32,000 bases of DNA, from the NCBI GenBank assembly GCA_963676105.1, contig OY781039.1, forward strand, positions 1,320,001-1,352,000. Direction: 5' to 3'. The translations under genes were made by a program, and so were the position numbers. The stretch is from Erysipelotrichaceae bacterium. Lineage in GTDB: Bacteria; Bacillota_I; Bacilli_A; Erysipelotrichales; Erysipelotrichaceae. Positions 8,627 through 17,164 of this stretch are shown here, one piece after another. A model generated the notes under the pieces. It was not told where the DNA came from. It worked only from the letters and a program-made list of their open reading frames with translations, and made no database searches. Within the stretch, counting starts at the first letter, position 1, and each line of letters opens with the position of its first letter.

Positions 8627-8665
8627 AAGCACTCTTTCTAAAATCTGTTGCTTGTCAGAGTGCTT
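8627..8665 (-). terminator. Intrinsic terminator between the Zn-dehydrogenase and class II aldolase genes
   Basis: 9-bp stem aagcactct/agagtgctt. In minus sense it is followed by tttatatt. Confidence 0.5.
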
Positions 8666-8679
8666 GAATGATTTCTTTG

Positions 8680-9732
8680 TTATTTACTAAATCTAACAAC
8701 ACAACGCATTGTTTTTGGATCAATCGCATCTTCAAATGCCTTTTGAGCATCTTCGATATCATAGACACCAAACACCAATGATGTTGGATCAATAATCTTC
8801 TTCGACAACATATTCGCTGATGTAAAGAATGATTCAACGGAAGGGTTAACCGTACCCGTTAAAATCTTACTTGTGTTGTGTAGCATTTTGCCACTGACCG
8901 CAAGTGGTTCATCTGGAATAATCGTTGAATACATCACGCAGCGACCAAGTGGAGCCGTCATATCAATGGCTTGTTGAGCCACTGCTGGAATGGCTGTACA
9001 GTTAAAGACTGCTTCAGCCCCACGACCTTCAGTTAAATTCTTAACAAACTCAACAGGGTTTTCTTCAATTGGATTTAACGTGTAATCACAGCCTAACTTC
9101 ATCGCATGTTCACGACGAACAGGATCTGGTTCACTTAATATAACACGACAGCCACTCATTTTAGCTAAGAGGACATGTAGTTGTCCCATGATTCCGCCAC
9201 CTAATACAACGACATCATCACCCATGGCTGGATGGCCAATTTCAAATGACTTAACAACACAGGCTAATGGTTCTGCAAAGACACCTATTTCAAGTGTTGT
9301 GTCATCAGCTACTTTAAAGACTTGTTTTGAATCTAAAGCAATATATTCTGCGAATCCACCAAATCCATCGATCTCGAATTGATCAGCTTGGATTTTATTT
9401 TGATTAACACAGTGAGCTGATTCACCTTTTCTACAGTAATAGCATTCACCACATGCATTTAATAAACGTGCAACTATTTTTGTTCCTACTGGAAACTGTT
9501 TTGGATCAATACTTGAACCAATAGATTCAATTTCACCAAACACTTCATGTCCACCTACAAATGGATAAGGTACGTGTGCTTTCCCTAAAAACATTCTTTG
9601 TTCAAACGTACAGATTGAACAACCGTATGTTTTCATAATAATTTGATGTGGATGAGCAACCGGTTTCGTCACTTCTTTGATTTCAACCTTTTGATCTTCT
9701 ACTATCGCTACTACTTTCATTTTTTCTGACAT
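8680..9732 (-). CDS. Zinc-dependent medium-chain alcohol/polyol dehydrogenase
   Basis: GHEVFGEI catalytic Zn motif, structural Zn cluster CGECYYCRKGESAHC, Rossmann VVVLGGGIMG. Confidence 0.85.
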   Translation of the reverse strand: MSEKMKVVAIVEDQKVEIKEVTKPVAHPHQIIMKTYGCSICTFEQRMFLGKAHVPYPFVGGHEVFGEIESIGSSIDPKQFPVGTKIVARLLNACGECYYCRKGESAHCVNQNKIQADQFEIDGFGGFAEYIALDSKQVFKVADDTTLEIGVFAEPLACVVKSFEIGHPAMGDDVVVLGGGIMGQLHVLLAKMSGCRVILSEPDPVRREHAMKLGCDYTLNPIEENPVEFVKNLTEGRGAEAVFNCTAIPAVAQQAIDMTAPLGRCVMYSTIIPDEPLAVSGKMLHNTSKILTGTVNPSVESFFTSANMLSKKIIDPTSLVFGVYDIEDAQKAFEDAIDPKTMRCVVRFSK

Positions 9733-9740
9733 AAATCCTC

Positions 9741-10895
9741 CTACTGTGCCCCGTAATATAGACTAGTAAATATTTCTTTAATTTTTTCAGGAGACGGAAC
9801 ACCACAAGCGACAGAATTGCTTCTATTCACTTGTTCAAAACGTTCAGCATAATTATCTAAATGTTTTTTATATTCATCTTCTTCAATTCCAAATTCTTGT
9901 AATGTTTTTGGAAACTTCAATTCATCATAGAGTTCCCATAAACGATCTCTAAATTTAATTTGATCATCTTGTCCAGTTGTTTCTATTCCCAATTGACTTA
10001 ACAATGAATCAAAGACAGGATGTGGCATTAAACTTTCTAGAGTGTAAGGTAAGACCATACCTGTAATGAGTCCATGTGGTAAATGGAAATCTTCACCTGG
10101 TGTATTCAAATCATGTGCTAAACCACAGCCACCATGATTAATCCCAAAGCCTGCAAACATGGATGCGATATGAACGCGTGCACGTGCATCTGAATCACCG
10201 GCGACTGATTTTGGTAAATCATTGACGAGGGTAACAATGGATTGAATACATAAGAATTGTGTGACTGGGTCTGTTATCACATCTGTTGCCGCTTCAAGGG
10301 CATGTGATATCGCATCAAGTCCTGAATAGATAATGACTTTAGCTGGAAGTGTTTTTAAGAATGTGAAATCTAAGATAGCCACATCAGGTAAGACTTCATT
10401 CGTTAAAATCATTGTTTTCTTGCCATTTTCATCAATCAGCATGGCTGCTCCTGTCATTTCAGATCCTGTACCACTTGTCGTAGGACACGCAATCAGTTTA
10501 GTATTTCCAGGTCGTTTTTCAACTTGGTAAAACTTCATCGCATCTTCCCACGTTAAGTGAGGAAGTTCTAAAAACAACAATAAGGTTTTGGCTGTATCAA
10601 TAACAGATCCTCCACCAATCGCAATGATTTCATCAGGCTGATAGTCTTTCATATCAGCCATGAATGATTCCATCACGTCTTTAGAAGGTTCTCTTGATAT
10701 CACCGCAATGATCTTTGCAGATCGATCTTTGTATATTTCATCAAAGAGTTTTGTATTTAATTCTTTATCAGCTTCTACAACATCACTCACCACAAACGCT
10801 GTCTTCTTTGCGCTTGAGTTTTTACAGTAATCGAGTAGTGCATTATCCCCAGATATAAGTTGTCCAGCTGCGTATTGTTTTATTGGATTTGTCAT
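9741..10895 (-). CDS. Iron-containing (group III) alcohol dehydrogenase
   Basis: GGGSVIDTAK motif plus His-rich metal site (AISHALEA, HGGCGLAHD...HLPHG). Confidence 0.85.
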   Translation of the reverse strand: MTNPIKQYAAGQLISGDNALLDYCKNSSAKKTAFVVSDVVEADKELNTKLFDEIYKDRSAKIIAVISREPSKDVMESFMADMKDYQPDEIIAIGGGSVIDTAKTLLLFLELPHLTWEDAMKFYQVEKRPGNTKLIACPTTSGTGSEMTGAAMLIDENGKKTMILTNEVLPDVAILDFTFLKTLPAKVIIYSGLDAISHALEAATDVITDPVTQFLCIQSIVTLVNDLPKSVAGDSDARARVHIASMFAGFGINHGGCGLAHDLNTPGEDFHLPHGLITGMVLPYTLESLMPHPVFDSLLSQLGIETTGQDDQIKFRDRLWELYDELKFPKTLQEFGIEEDEYKKHLDNYAERFEQVNRSNSVACGVPSPEKIKEIFTSLYYGAQ

Positions 10896-10897
10896 AA

Positions 10898-11689
10898 TTA
10901 TTTATTCAAAATCCCAATCGCTTCTGTAGCACTTGCGCCTTTATGGACAACAGCCGCTATCGCTGCACACATTTTGTCAGGTGTTGGATGTTTCCATACA
11001 TTACGCCCGACAATAACGCCAGCTGCACCTGATTCTAGTGCATCACTAATATCTTGGAAGAATTTTTCTAAATCTTTTGTTGGATTTCCACCTAACATAA
11101 AGACTGGTTGAAAACAAGAATCACAAAGAACTTTAAAGCTTTCTTTATCACCGGTATAAGCGGTTTTAATAAAGTCAGCACCTCTTTCACAGCCAATGCG
11201 TGCTGCATCGATGAGATTTTGAGGAGTACGAATATCATCGAATTTATCAAACTCAAACCCTCTAGGAAGTGTTTCAGCCGCAACTGGGAAATTCCATTTG
11301 AGACCTTCACGAACGAGTATTCCTAAATTGTTTGCGGTTGCTTCTTCATGAGTAGATCCAGGAAAATCCATGGATAGAATGGCATCTGCGCCAACTCTAA
11401 TCGCATCTTCAACATGGTTCACTAATTGAAAGGGTGCACCATTTACATTTAAATGAGTGATTCCTCCATCAGCTCTCAAAAGAAGGGTTTTATGTTTAAT
11501 CGAATCCGCAAAATTCATTGCGATTCCAATTGATGCGAGAAAGCCATCTGCGCCACCATTAACACATTTTTCTAAGACATCTGCTGTGTCTTTAAGACCC
11601 GGTAAGCATGAGCCTCCGTACCCTTGATCAACCGCAACGATAAAAGCTTTACCATCCGGTTCTAAAATATTGTACATTCTACGTTTCAT
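10898..11689 (-). CDS. Class I aldolase of the DhnA/FbaB/LsrF (DeoC-like) family
   Basis: GKAFIVAVDQG N-terminal motif and Schiff-base region ADFIKTAYTG. 263 aa. Start 3 nt after... i.e. its stop lies 3 nt before the next gene in the operon. Confidence 0.75.
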   Translation of the reverse strand: MKRRMYNILEPDGKAFIVAVDQGYGGSCLPGLKDTADVLEKCVNGGADGFLASIGIAMNFADSIKHKTLLLRADGGITHLNVNGAPFQLVNHVEDAIRVGADAILSMDFPGSTHEEATANNLGILVREGLKWNFPVAAETLPRGFEFDKFDDIRTPQNLIDAARIGCERGADFIKTAYTGDKESFKVLCDSCFQPVFMLGGNPTKDLEKFFQDISDALESGAAGVIVGRNVWKHPTPDKMCAAIAAVVHKGASATEAIGILNK

Positions 11690-11718
11690 TGTGATTCCTC
11701 ATTTCTAATATTCTTAAA

Positions 11719-13314
11719 TTAAGCTAGGATACCTAAATATCCACCAACAATACCTAATACAACTAACATCAACATAACTTTGACAGGAGTGAATTTCTTG
11801 TCTAGTAATTTGTAAACACCAAATGTTAATAAAAGTGGTAACATACCTGGCAAGATCGCATCAAAGAGTTGTTCTTGTAAGGAGAATGTCCATTCACCAT
11901 TTTGGAATACAATACCTGTTGAAATATAAACATAGTTCGCAACTAAACCACCGATAACAATCGTACCCATGACTTTAGAAGCATCAATAATCTTATTAAT
12001 TAATCCACTTTCAAGTAAATTAACAATCGCATCAGATCCTTTTTCATACCCTAAGAAGAATAGGTAGTAACCCAAACCCCAGATAATTACAACGGCGAGT
12101 ACTGAGTATAGAATAGGCGCTAAGATATTACCTTCAGCTGCCATCCCCATAAAGAATGCTAATAATAGTGGGATGATAACACCTTGAGTAATCGTGTCAC
12201 CAATACCTGCCAATGGACCCATTAAGGATGATTTAACAGCTGTAATCATAGGTTCATCAATTTCTGATGCACCTTGATAACGTTGTTCTTCCATCGCAAT
12301 CGCAACACCAGTGATAATGCCACCAACTTGTGGTGAAGTATTAAAGAAACCAGTGTGACGCATCATCGCTTCTGATGCACCTTGTTGATCGTCTTTGTAT
12401 AAACGTTTAAATACTGGAACTAAAGCATGTAGGAAACCAAAACCCATCATACGTTCGTAGTTATAACAACTCATCGCATGTACATTCCAGTTAAAGAATG
12501 CCCAGTTTAAGTCTTTCTTTGTTAAGATACGTTCTGCTCTATCACCTTCAGAAACTTTGAATAAATCTAAGTCGAATTTTTCCCCATGAGATTTGTACTG
12601 TAGATAGATACCTGTTAGTACAATCGCAATTAAACCAATTTGAATCATGTCTAGTGCTGCATATTGAACCAATAAGAAGCCTAAGAAAAAATAAATTTTT
12701 GCATCACCTTGGTAAACTGATTTTAAAAGTAAACCTAAACCTAAAGCTGGTAACATACCACCTAAGATAATCATGATTCCAAGCACTGTATCACCTAGGT
12801 AATAAAGAATACCTGTGATAAAATCTGCACCGTAATAAACGATGAAGAATGCTGGGAAGAATGAGATAGCAAATAATAATAGTTGAGGTAGTAAGAAATC
12901 CGCTATCCAGAAATTCTTAAGATCCCCCTTCGCCGCCAACTTATCAGCATATGGAACAAATATTTGTGTGAGTGATAATCGACCAAACCACATAAATGTC
13001 CCTAATAAGCCAACAGATACGGCTACAGCTAATGCTGCGTTAACATCTAGCCCACTTGTAATAACGAGTGTGGTACCAACAACACCAGCTAAACAAGGAT
13101 CGCCAGGTAATGATCCACCAGCGGAAATAAATCCGAGGTACATCAAGTTGATTGAGCCCCCAATGATAGTCCCTTGAACTGGATCACCGAGTACTAAACC
13201 AGTAAGGAAACCTGCAACGAGTGGACGATAGAGAGTAAAGAACCCTACAGCCGCTGCTGTCCCGTTTCCTAAGTAATAAATTAAACCAATCAATACTGCT
13301 TGAAATAAAGTCAT
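11719..13314 (-). CDS. Mannose-family PTS fused EIIC-EIID membrane component
   Basis: The N-terminal ~240 aa are a polytopic IIC-like region. The C-terminal half carries the IID signature WNYERMMGFGFLHALVPVFKRLY. It is a single 531-aa ORF. Confidence 0.8.
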   Translation of the reverse strand: MTLFQAVLIGLIYYLGNGTAAAVGFFTLYRPLVAGFLTGLVLGDPVQGTIIGGSINLMYLGFISAGGSLPGDPCLAGVVGTTLVITSGLDVNAALAVAVSVGLLGTFMWFGRLSLTQIFVPYADKLAAKGDLKNFWIADFLLPQLLLFAISFFPAFFIVYYGADFITGILYYLGDTVLGIMIILGGMLPALGLGLLLKSVYQGDAKIYFFLGFLLVQYAALDMIQIGLIAIVLTGIYLQYKSHGEKFDLDLFKVSEGDRAERILTKKDLNWAFFNWNVHAMSCYNYERMMGFGFLHALVPVFKRLYKDDQQGASEAMMRHTGFFNTSPQVGGIITGVAIAMEEQRYQGASEIDEPMITAVKSSLMGPLAGIGDTITQGVIIPLLLAFFMGMAAEGNILAPILYSVLAVVIIWGLGYYLFFLGYEKGSDAIVNLLESGLINKIIDASKVMGTIVIGGLVANYVYISTGIVFQNGEWTFSLQEQLFDAILPGMLPLLLTFGVYKLLDKKFTPVKVMLMLVVLGIVGGYLGILA

Positions 13315-13328
13315 ATATATCTCCTTTC

Positions 13329-13805
13329 CTAAATTAGTTTTGATATATCAGTTGATTTTTCAGCTGGTACGATCTGATATTCAACTGTGCAGCCAGATTC
13401 AATTAATCTTTTAAAACATTCATTTTCCTCTGCACTTGAGAAAACATTTCTAATCAATTTTTTACGCTCATGATTTGAGCCCATGCCACCCAGAATGACA
13501 GAGTTAATCGATATCCCTAATCCTTTTAAATTTTCAATAACTTGCGGAATTTTAACGAGAATAATGACATTGTGATCTTCTCCATCATCTGTCTTGAGAT
13601 ATTCAACAGCCTCACTCTCTCCCGTAATAACAACATTTAAACCAGTTGGAGCTGCAGCTTTGTAGATTCTTTGCATCATCGTGTTTTTGGATAATGATTC
13701 ATCAACAATAAGGACTGTGTCACATTTGATGTGTTTAACCCATGCGGTAATGACCTGGCCATGAATAAGTCGATCATCAATTCTTGTAAGTACAATGTTT
13801 TTCAT
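13329..13805 (-). CDS. Mannose/sorbose-family PTS EIIB
   Basis: N-terminal LTRIDDRLIHGQV with the phosphorylatable His. Confidence 0.9.
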   Translation of the reverse strand: MKNIVLTRIDDRLIHGQVITAWVKHIKCDTVLIVDESLSKNTMMQRIYKAAAPTGLNVVITGESEAVEYLKTDDGEDHNVIILVKIPQVIENLKGLGISINSVILGGMGSNHERKKLIRNVFSSAEENECFKRLIESGCTVEYQIVPAEKSTDISKLI

Positions 13806-13807
13806 TT

Positions 13808-14215
13808 TTAGTTCTCCTTTTCACATAACAAATCATTGACATAAACGAAGGTTTTAGGACCTTCATTTTTTAGAAAATCACACAACTCGTATAAATCTCG
13901 ATGTTGTCGTGAGGTTAAAACTTCAAGAAGGATAGGTAAGTTTATACCTGAGAAATGATTGAATTCATAACCCTCTGATTGACAAACCAATGTATTAAAT
14001 GGTGTCCCATACATAATGTCTGTAAAGACAAGAAATGGTCCGTTTTTGGATGCATTTTCTAAAATCTCTGAGATTTCATTTTGAAAATCCTCTAAGTTAC
14101 ATCCCGCTCTTAAACAAGCTGTATGAATTCTTTCTTGTTCTCCAGCTATTAATTCAGCACTTTTGACGATTGCTTTACTTAATTCACCATGCGATACGAT
14201 TACGACATCAAACAT
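13808..14215 (-). CDS. Mannose-family PTS EIIA
   Basis: MFDVVIVSHGELSKAI with the active-site His near position 9, plus FTDIMYGTPFN. Confidence 0.85.
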   Translation of the reverse strand: MFDVVIVSHGELSKAIVKSAELIAGEQERIHTACLRAGCNLEDFQNEISEILENASKNGPFLVFTDIMYGTPFNTLVCQSEGYEFNHFSGINLPILLEVLTSRQHRDLYELCDFLKNEGPKTFVYVNDLLCEKEN

Positions 14216-14317
14216 AAATACCTTCCCTCTAATTCAATTTTTGAATAAACCTTACGAAATCTATTATTATGTCGAGATTTTTAGGGGTCAAATAATAAAA
14301 AAAACAGAATTTTAGCT

Positions 14318-14487
14318 ATATCTGTGTAATTTTTTTGAGCATTTTTAGTGGATTTTTCCACTAGTTTTAGCGTTTTTGTTAAGATATATGTACACACTAA
14401 ACACCTTTTTGGGGTACTGTGTAATTGTGTGTAATTAAATACACACTTTAAGTGTATTTATTCCATTGATTCTAATTAGTGTGTAAT
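14318..14487. promoter_or_regulatory. Cluster of TGTGTAAT repeats and two palindromes in the divergent regulator/PTS intergenic region (candidate operator/UAS sites)
   Basis: TGTGTAAT at 14323-14330, 14418-14425, 14429-14436 and 14480-14487. Palindrome tagtgga-N5-tccacta at about 14347-14365. Palindrome aaatacac-N7-gtgtattt at about 14438-14460. Confidence 0.4.
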
Positions 14488-14552
14488 GAAAGCGGTTAAA
14501 TTAACACCAACTTCTTATCGAAATTTAGTATTCTTTCAATGATGAGGTATTT

Positions 14553-16961
14553 ATGTCGAGAAAATTGAGCAAACGTGAAACAGAAATTTTAGGCCACATT
14601 ATTAAGCGTACAAGCGCTGCTCTTAAAGATAATAATTTTGATTCTATCGGAATAAATGCTTACGACATGAGTTTAGATATCAATTGTGATCGCGCTAATC
14701 TATCACGCATACTAAACAATCTCACTCGAGATGGTTTTTTAATTAAGTTATTAGGACGGCCAACTTCATTTTTATCGCGTAGAGTACTGGAACAAGTTTA
14801 CCCAGATGTCTTTTTCCCTGAGATATTAGATAAAAAGACAGACTTTAAAAAGCTTCTTAATGAAAGCAAGTCTTTCATCAAACCAGACTCCGACCCTTTT
14901 AGCAATCTAATTGGTCATAACCCTAACGAAAGTCTTGGAGAAGTTATTACTCAAATTAAATCTTCGATTGATTATCCGCCTGAAGGCTTACCAATCATCC
15001 TCTACGGTGAAGCTTTTACAGGGAAAAGATATCTCGTCCAATCTGCCATTGACTACAGTGTTAAACGTAAACTTTTAAAAAATCAAAAACATGTATATTG
15101 GATCGATTGTTTAAACTTAATCGATGAAAATGAGATTTTCAAACTAATCAACAAGTTTGTTAGAAATGATAAAGACTTTAAGCTCATTATTATTCAAGAT
15201 TTTGATATCCTCACTGAAGTCGCTAGACAACGCTTAAAATCTATTGTCATTAATCAAGCAATTTATGATTATGAATCGCAAAATATCCACCCCCTCAAAG
15301 CGTTTTTATTTCTAGTAACACAGAAAGGTATAGACTATATTCATCAATTCCACTTTGAACAAATTATTCCAACCATTGTTAAGATGCCTAAATTTGATGA
15401 GCGCAACTTAAAGGAAAGAATTACATTTATTTTAACTATGTTTCAAAACGAATCACGAAACTTAAATCGTAATATTAAAGTGTCACGGAACATCTTGAAT
15501 TGTTATGCTCTATCTTCATTCCCCGGCAACCTAGACCACCTTAAGATCGAAGTAAAAAATGCTATTTTAAATTACATTGAAAGTCCAGAAAATGATACAC
15601 CCACGATTGAACTTGATTTCGAGCACCTTTCTGATCAGTTATTAAATCGTATTAGCAATGTGAATAATCAAATCCAAGACTTAGAAAATTTATATGAATT
15701 CTTTAATATTTCTAATGTCATTTTAAGCCCTAATGCTGATTGTGTAGAACTACGACGTTTACAACAACAAGAATTATATGCGATTAATGATGAACTTAAA
15801 ATCATAAAAAATAATCATGAAGACAATATTCAATCCTTAACTCAGATTTGCCAAACAAGTATTAAAGAAGCTGAAAACATTAAATTTTCTACACTAAGAT
15901 CTAAAACAGTTAGTGAGCTATATGATTTGATAACGGATGATTTAGAATCAACTGGATTAACTAGTAATGACCATTTATATTATGGTTTACTTAATCATAT
16001 TAACCATATTGTTGAAGACTTAAAATCAAAGTCTTACCACTCAATCTATCAAGATGATTTTCCTTCGGCAGATATATTAGTGGTTGATTTAGCTGAAAAA
16101 ATTACCAATAAACTCGAGGCACACTTTAAGATAAGTTTACCCAAACAAGAAGTGAAATATATTATTGTCTATTTATCCCTTGCGAAACAGCTTGTTGATG
16201 ATTGTCGAATTTCTATTCTTGTAATGTGTCGACTATCCCGCGTTTCTGAGAGTTATACCAAATTTATAAAAGCTCTTAACAATCAAATACGATGTGAAAA
16301 CTTTGACTATAACTTTTTTGATTTTGCATTAAAAAAAGAGTCATTTATAAAAGCACTTAAAGAAAAAATTTATGAACTTAATACTGGTAAAGGTGTCTTA
16401 ATCGTATCTGATGAAATAATTCCAAGTGATGTTGAAAAAACGATACACTCAATTAGCGAAAATTGTTTATTAATTCCTAATATCACCATTTCAAAAATTG
16501 ATAAGATTGTTAACAGCTGTCAAAACAAACATATCTTAATCACTGACTTCTTACCTTATGCAGAAGAGTATGCCCCAGTAAATAATGATAAAGATATCGA
16601 AAATTTTGACTTACTTGATCTAATCGAAAATGAATTACTTGGAAAATCTTTAACATTTTTGAACCCTCATAAAATTAGCGAACTATCATTTGAAGTCCTT
16701 GCGAAAATAATTAAGGACCTTGATATTGCTTATAGTGACATTCTAGCCATACGTTTTGTCTCACATACATCCTATATGTGTGAACGAGTTATCCGTGGTG
16801 ATCAGCTTGTACACAAAAAGATGAATGACTTTATTAACCAAAATGGAAAATATCTCCATATCATAGAGAATCATTTTTCAATCATTAATGATGCTTTTGG
16901 AATCATTATTCCACAAAGTGAACTGATTTATCTTACAGAGTTATTCTTAGATTTTATGTAA
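14553..16961 (+). CDS. LevR-like PRD-domain transcriptional regulator (HTH + degenerate AAA+ + PRD/PTS-regulatory domains)
   Basis: N-terminal HTH-like region, Walker-A-like ILYGEAFTGKRYL, PRD-like His-containing helices (LLNHINHIVEDL, RFVSHTSYMCERVIRG). Divergent from a mannose-family PTS operon. Confidence 0.6.
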   Translation: MSRKLSKRETEILGHIIKRTSAALKDNNFDSIGINAYDMSLDINCDRANLSRILNNLTRDGFLIKLLGRPTSFLSRRVLEQVYPDVFFPEILDKKTDFKKLLNESKSFIKPDSDPFSNLIGHNPNESLGEVITQIKSSIDYPPEGLPIILYGEAFTGKRYLVQSAIDYSVKRKLLKNQKHVYWIDCLNLIDENEIFKLINKFVRNDKDFKLIIIQDFDILTEVARQRLKSIVINQAIYDYESQNIHPLKAFLFLVTQKGIDYIHQFHFEQIIPTIVKMPKFDERNLKERITFILTMFQNESRNLNRNIKVSRNILNCYALSSFPGNLDHLKIEVKNAILNYIESPENDTPTIELDFEHLSDQLLNRISNVNNQIQDLENLYEFFNISNVILSPNADCVELRRLQQQELYAINDELKIIKNNHEDNIQSLTQICQTSIKEAENIKFSTLRSKTVSELYDLITDDLESTGLTSNDHLYYGLLNHINHIVEDLKSKSYHSIYQDDFPSADILVVDLAEKITNKLEAHFKISLPKQEVKYIIVYLSLAKQLVDDCRISILVMCRLSRVSESYTKFIKALNNQIRCENFDYNFFDFALKKESFIKALKEKIYELNTGKGVLIVSDEIIPSDVEKTIHSISENCLLIPNITISKIDKIVNSCQNKHILITDFLPYAEEYAPVNNDKDIENFDLLDLIENELLGKSLTFLNPHKISELSFEVLAKIIKDLDIAYSDILAIRFVSHTSYMCERVIRGDQLVHKKMNDFINQNGKYLHIIENHFSIINDAFGIIIPQSELIYLTELFLDFM

Positions 16962-16993
16962 ACATAAAATACTGTTAAAAGGGAGGGGAAAGT

Positions 16994-17146
16994 ATGAGCG
17001 CAAGTAGTTTAGGTGCAGGTTTGTTTGCATACCTAATTATCATCTTTATATTCTTATTCATATCGATGATGCCACTTTATTTTTGTATCAAGTGGGCAGT
17101 TAGAAAAGCAATAAGCGAAACTGTACGCGAACAATATTTAAAGTAG
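16994..17146 (+). CDS. 50-aa small membrane protein (MSASSLGAGLFAYLIIIFIFLFISMMPLYFCIKWAVRKAISETVREQYLK)
   Basis: Strong RBS gggagggg lies 6 nt upstream. The protein has one TM helix and an amphipathic basic tail. It is followed by the hairpin cactcttc/gaagagtg. Below the ORF-track cut-off. Confidence 0.5.
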   Translation: MSASSLGAGLFAYLIIIFIFLFISMMPLYFCIKWAVRKAISETVREQYLK

Positions 17147-17164
17147 ATTATAAAAGCACTCTTC

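Noticed and set aside
1969-13177. Short shadow ORFs inside or antisense to long genes (1969-2181, 3521-3742, 3969-4184, 5435-5641, 6977-7240, 8345-8620, 8655-8837, 9188-9382, 10333-10530, 10860-11111, 11092-11310, 11108-11326, 12968-13177; also 23410-23661, 24793-25065, 25092-25298, 26151-26342)
   Set aside because: Each one is fully nested in, or antisense to, a gene with clear family motifs. Their composition is low-complexity (Ile/Leu/Lys/Phe), as expected from AT-rich antisense frames. None has a convincing RBS.
14216-14552. Sigma-54 (-24/-12) promoter expected for a LevR-type regulator
   Set aside because: No TGGCAC-N5-TTGC-like element was found on the PTS strand when reading by eye; only a sigma-A-like TTGACC/TAATAAT pair was seen. 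Reported as a finding rather than a feature.
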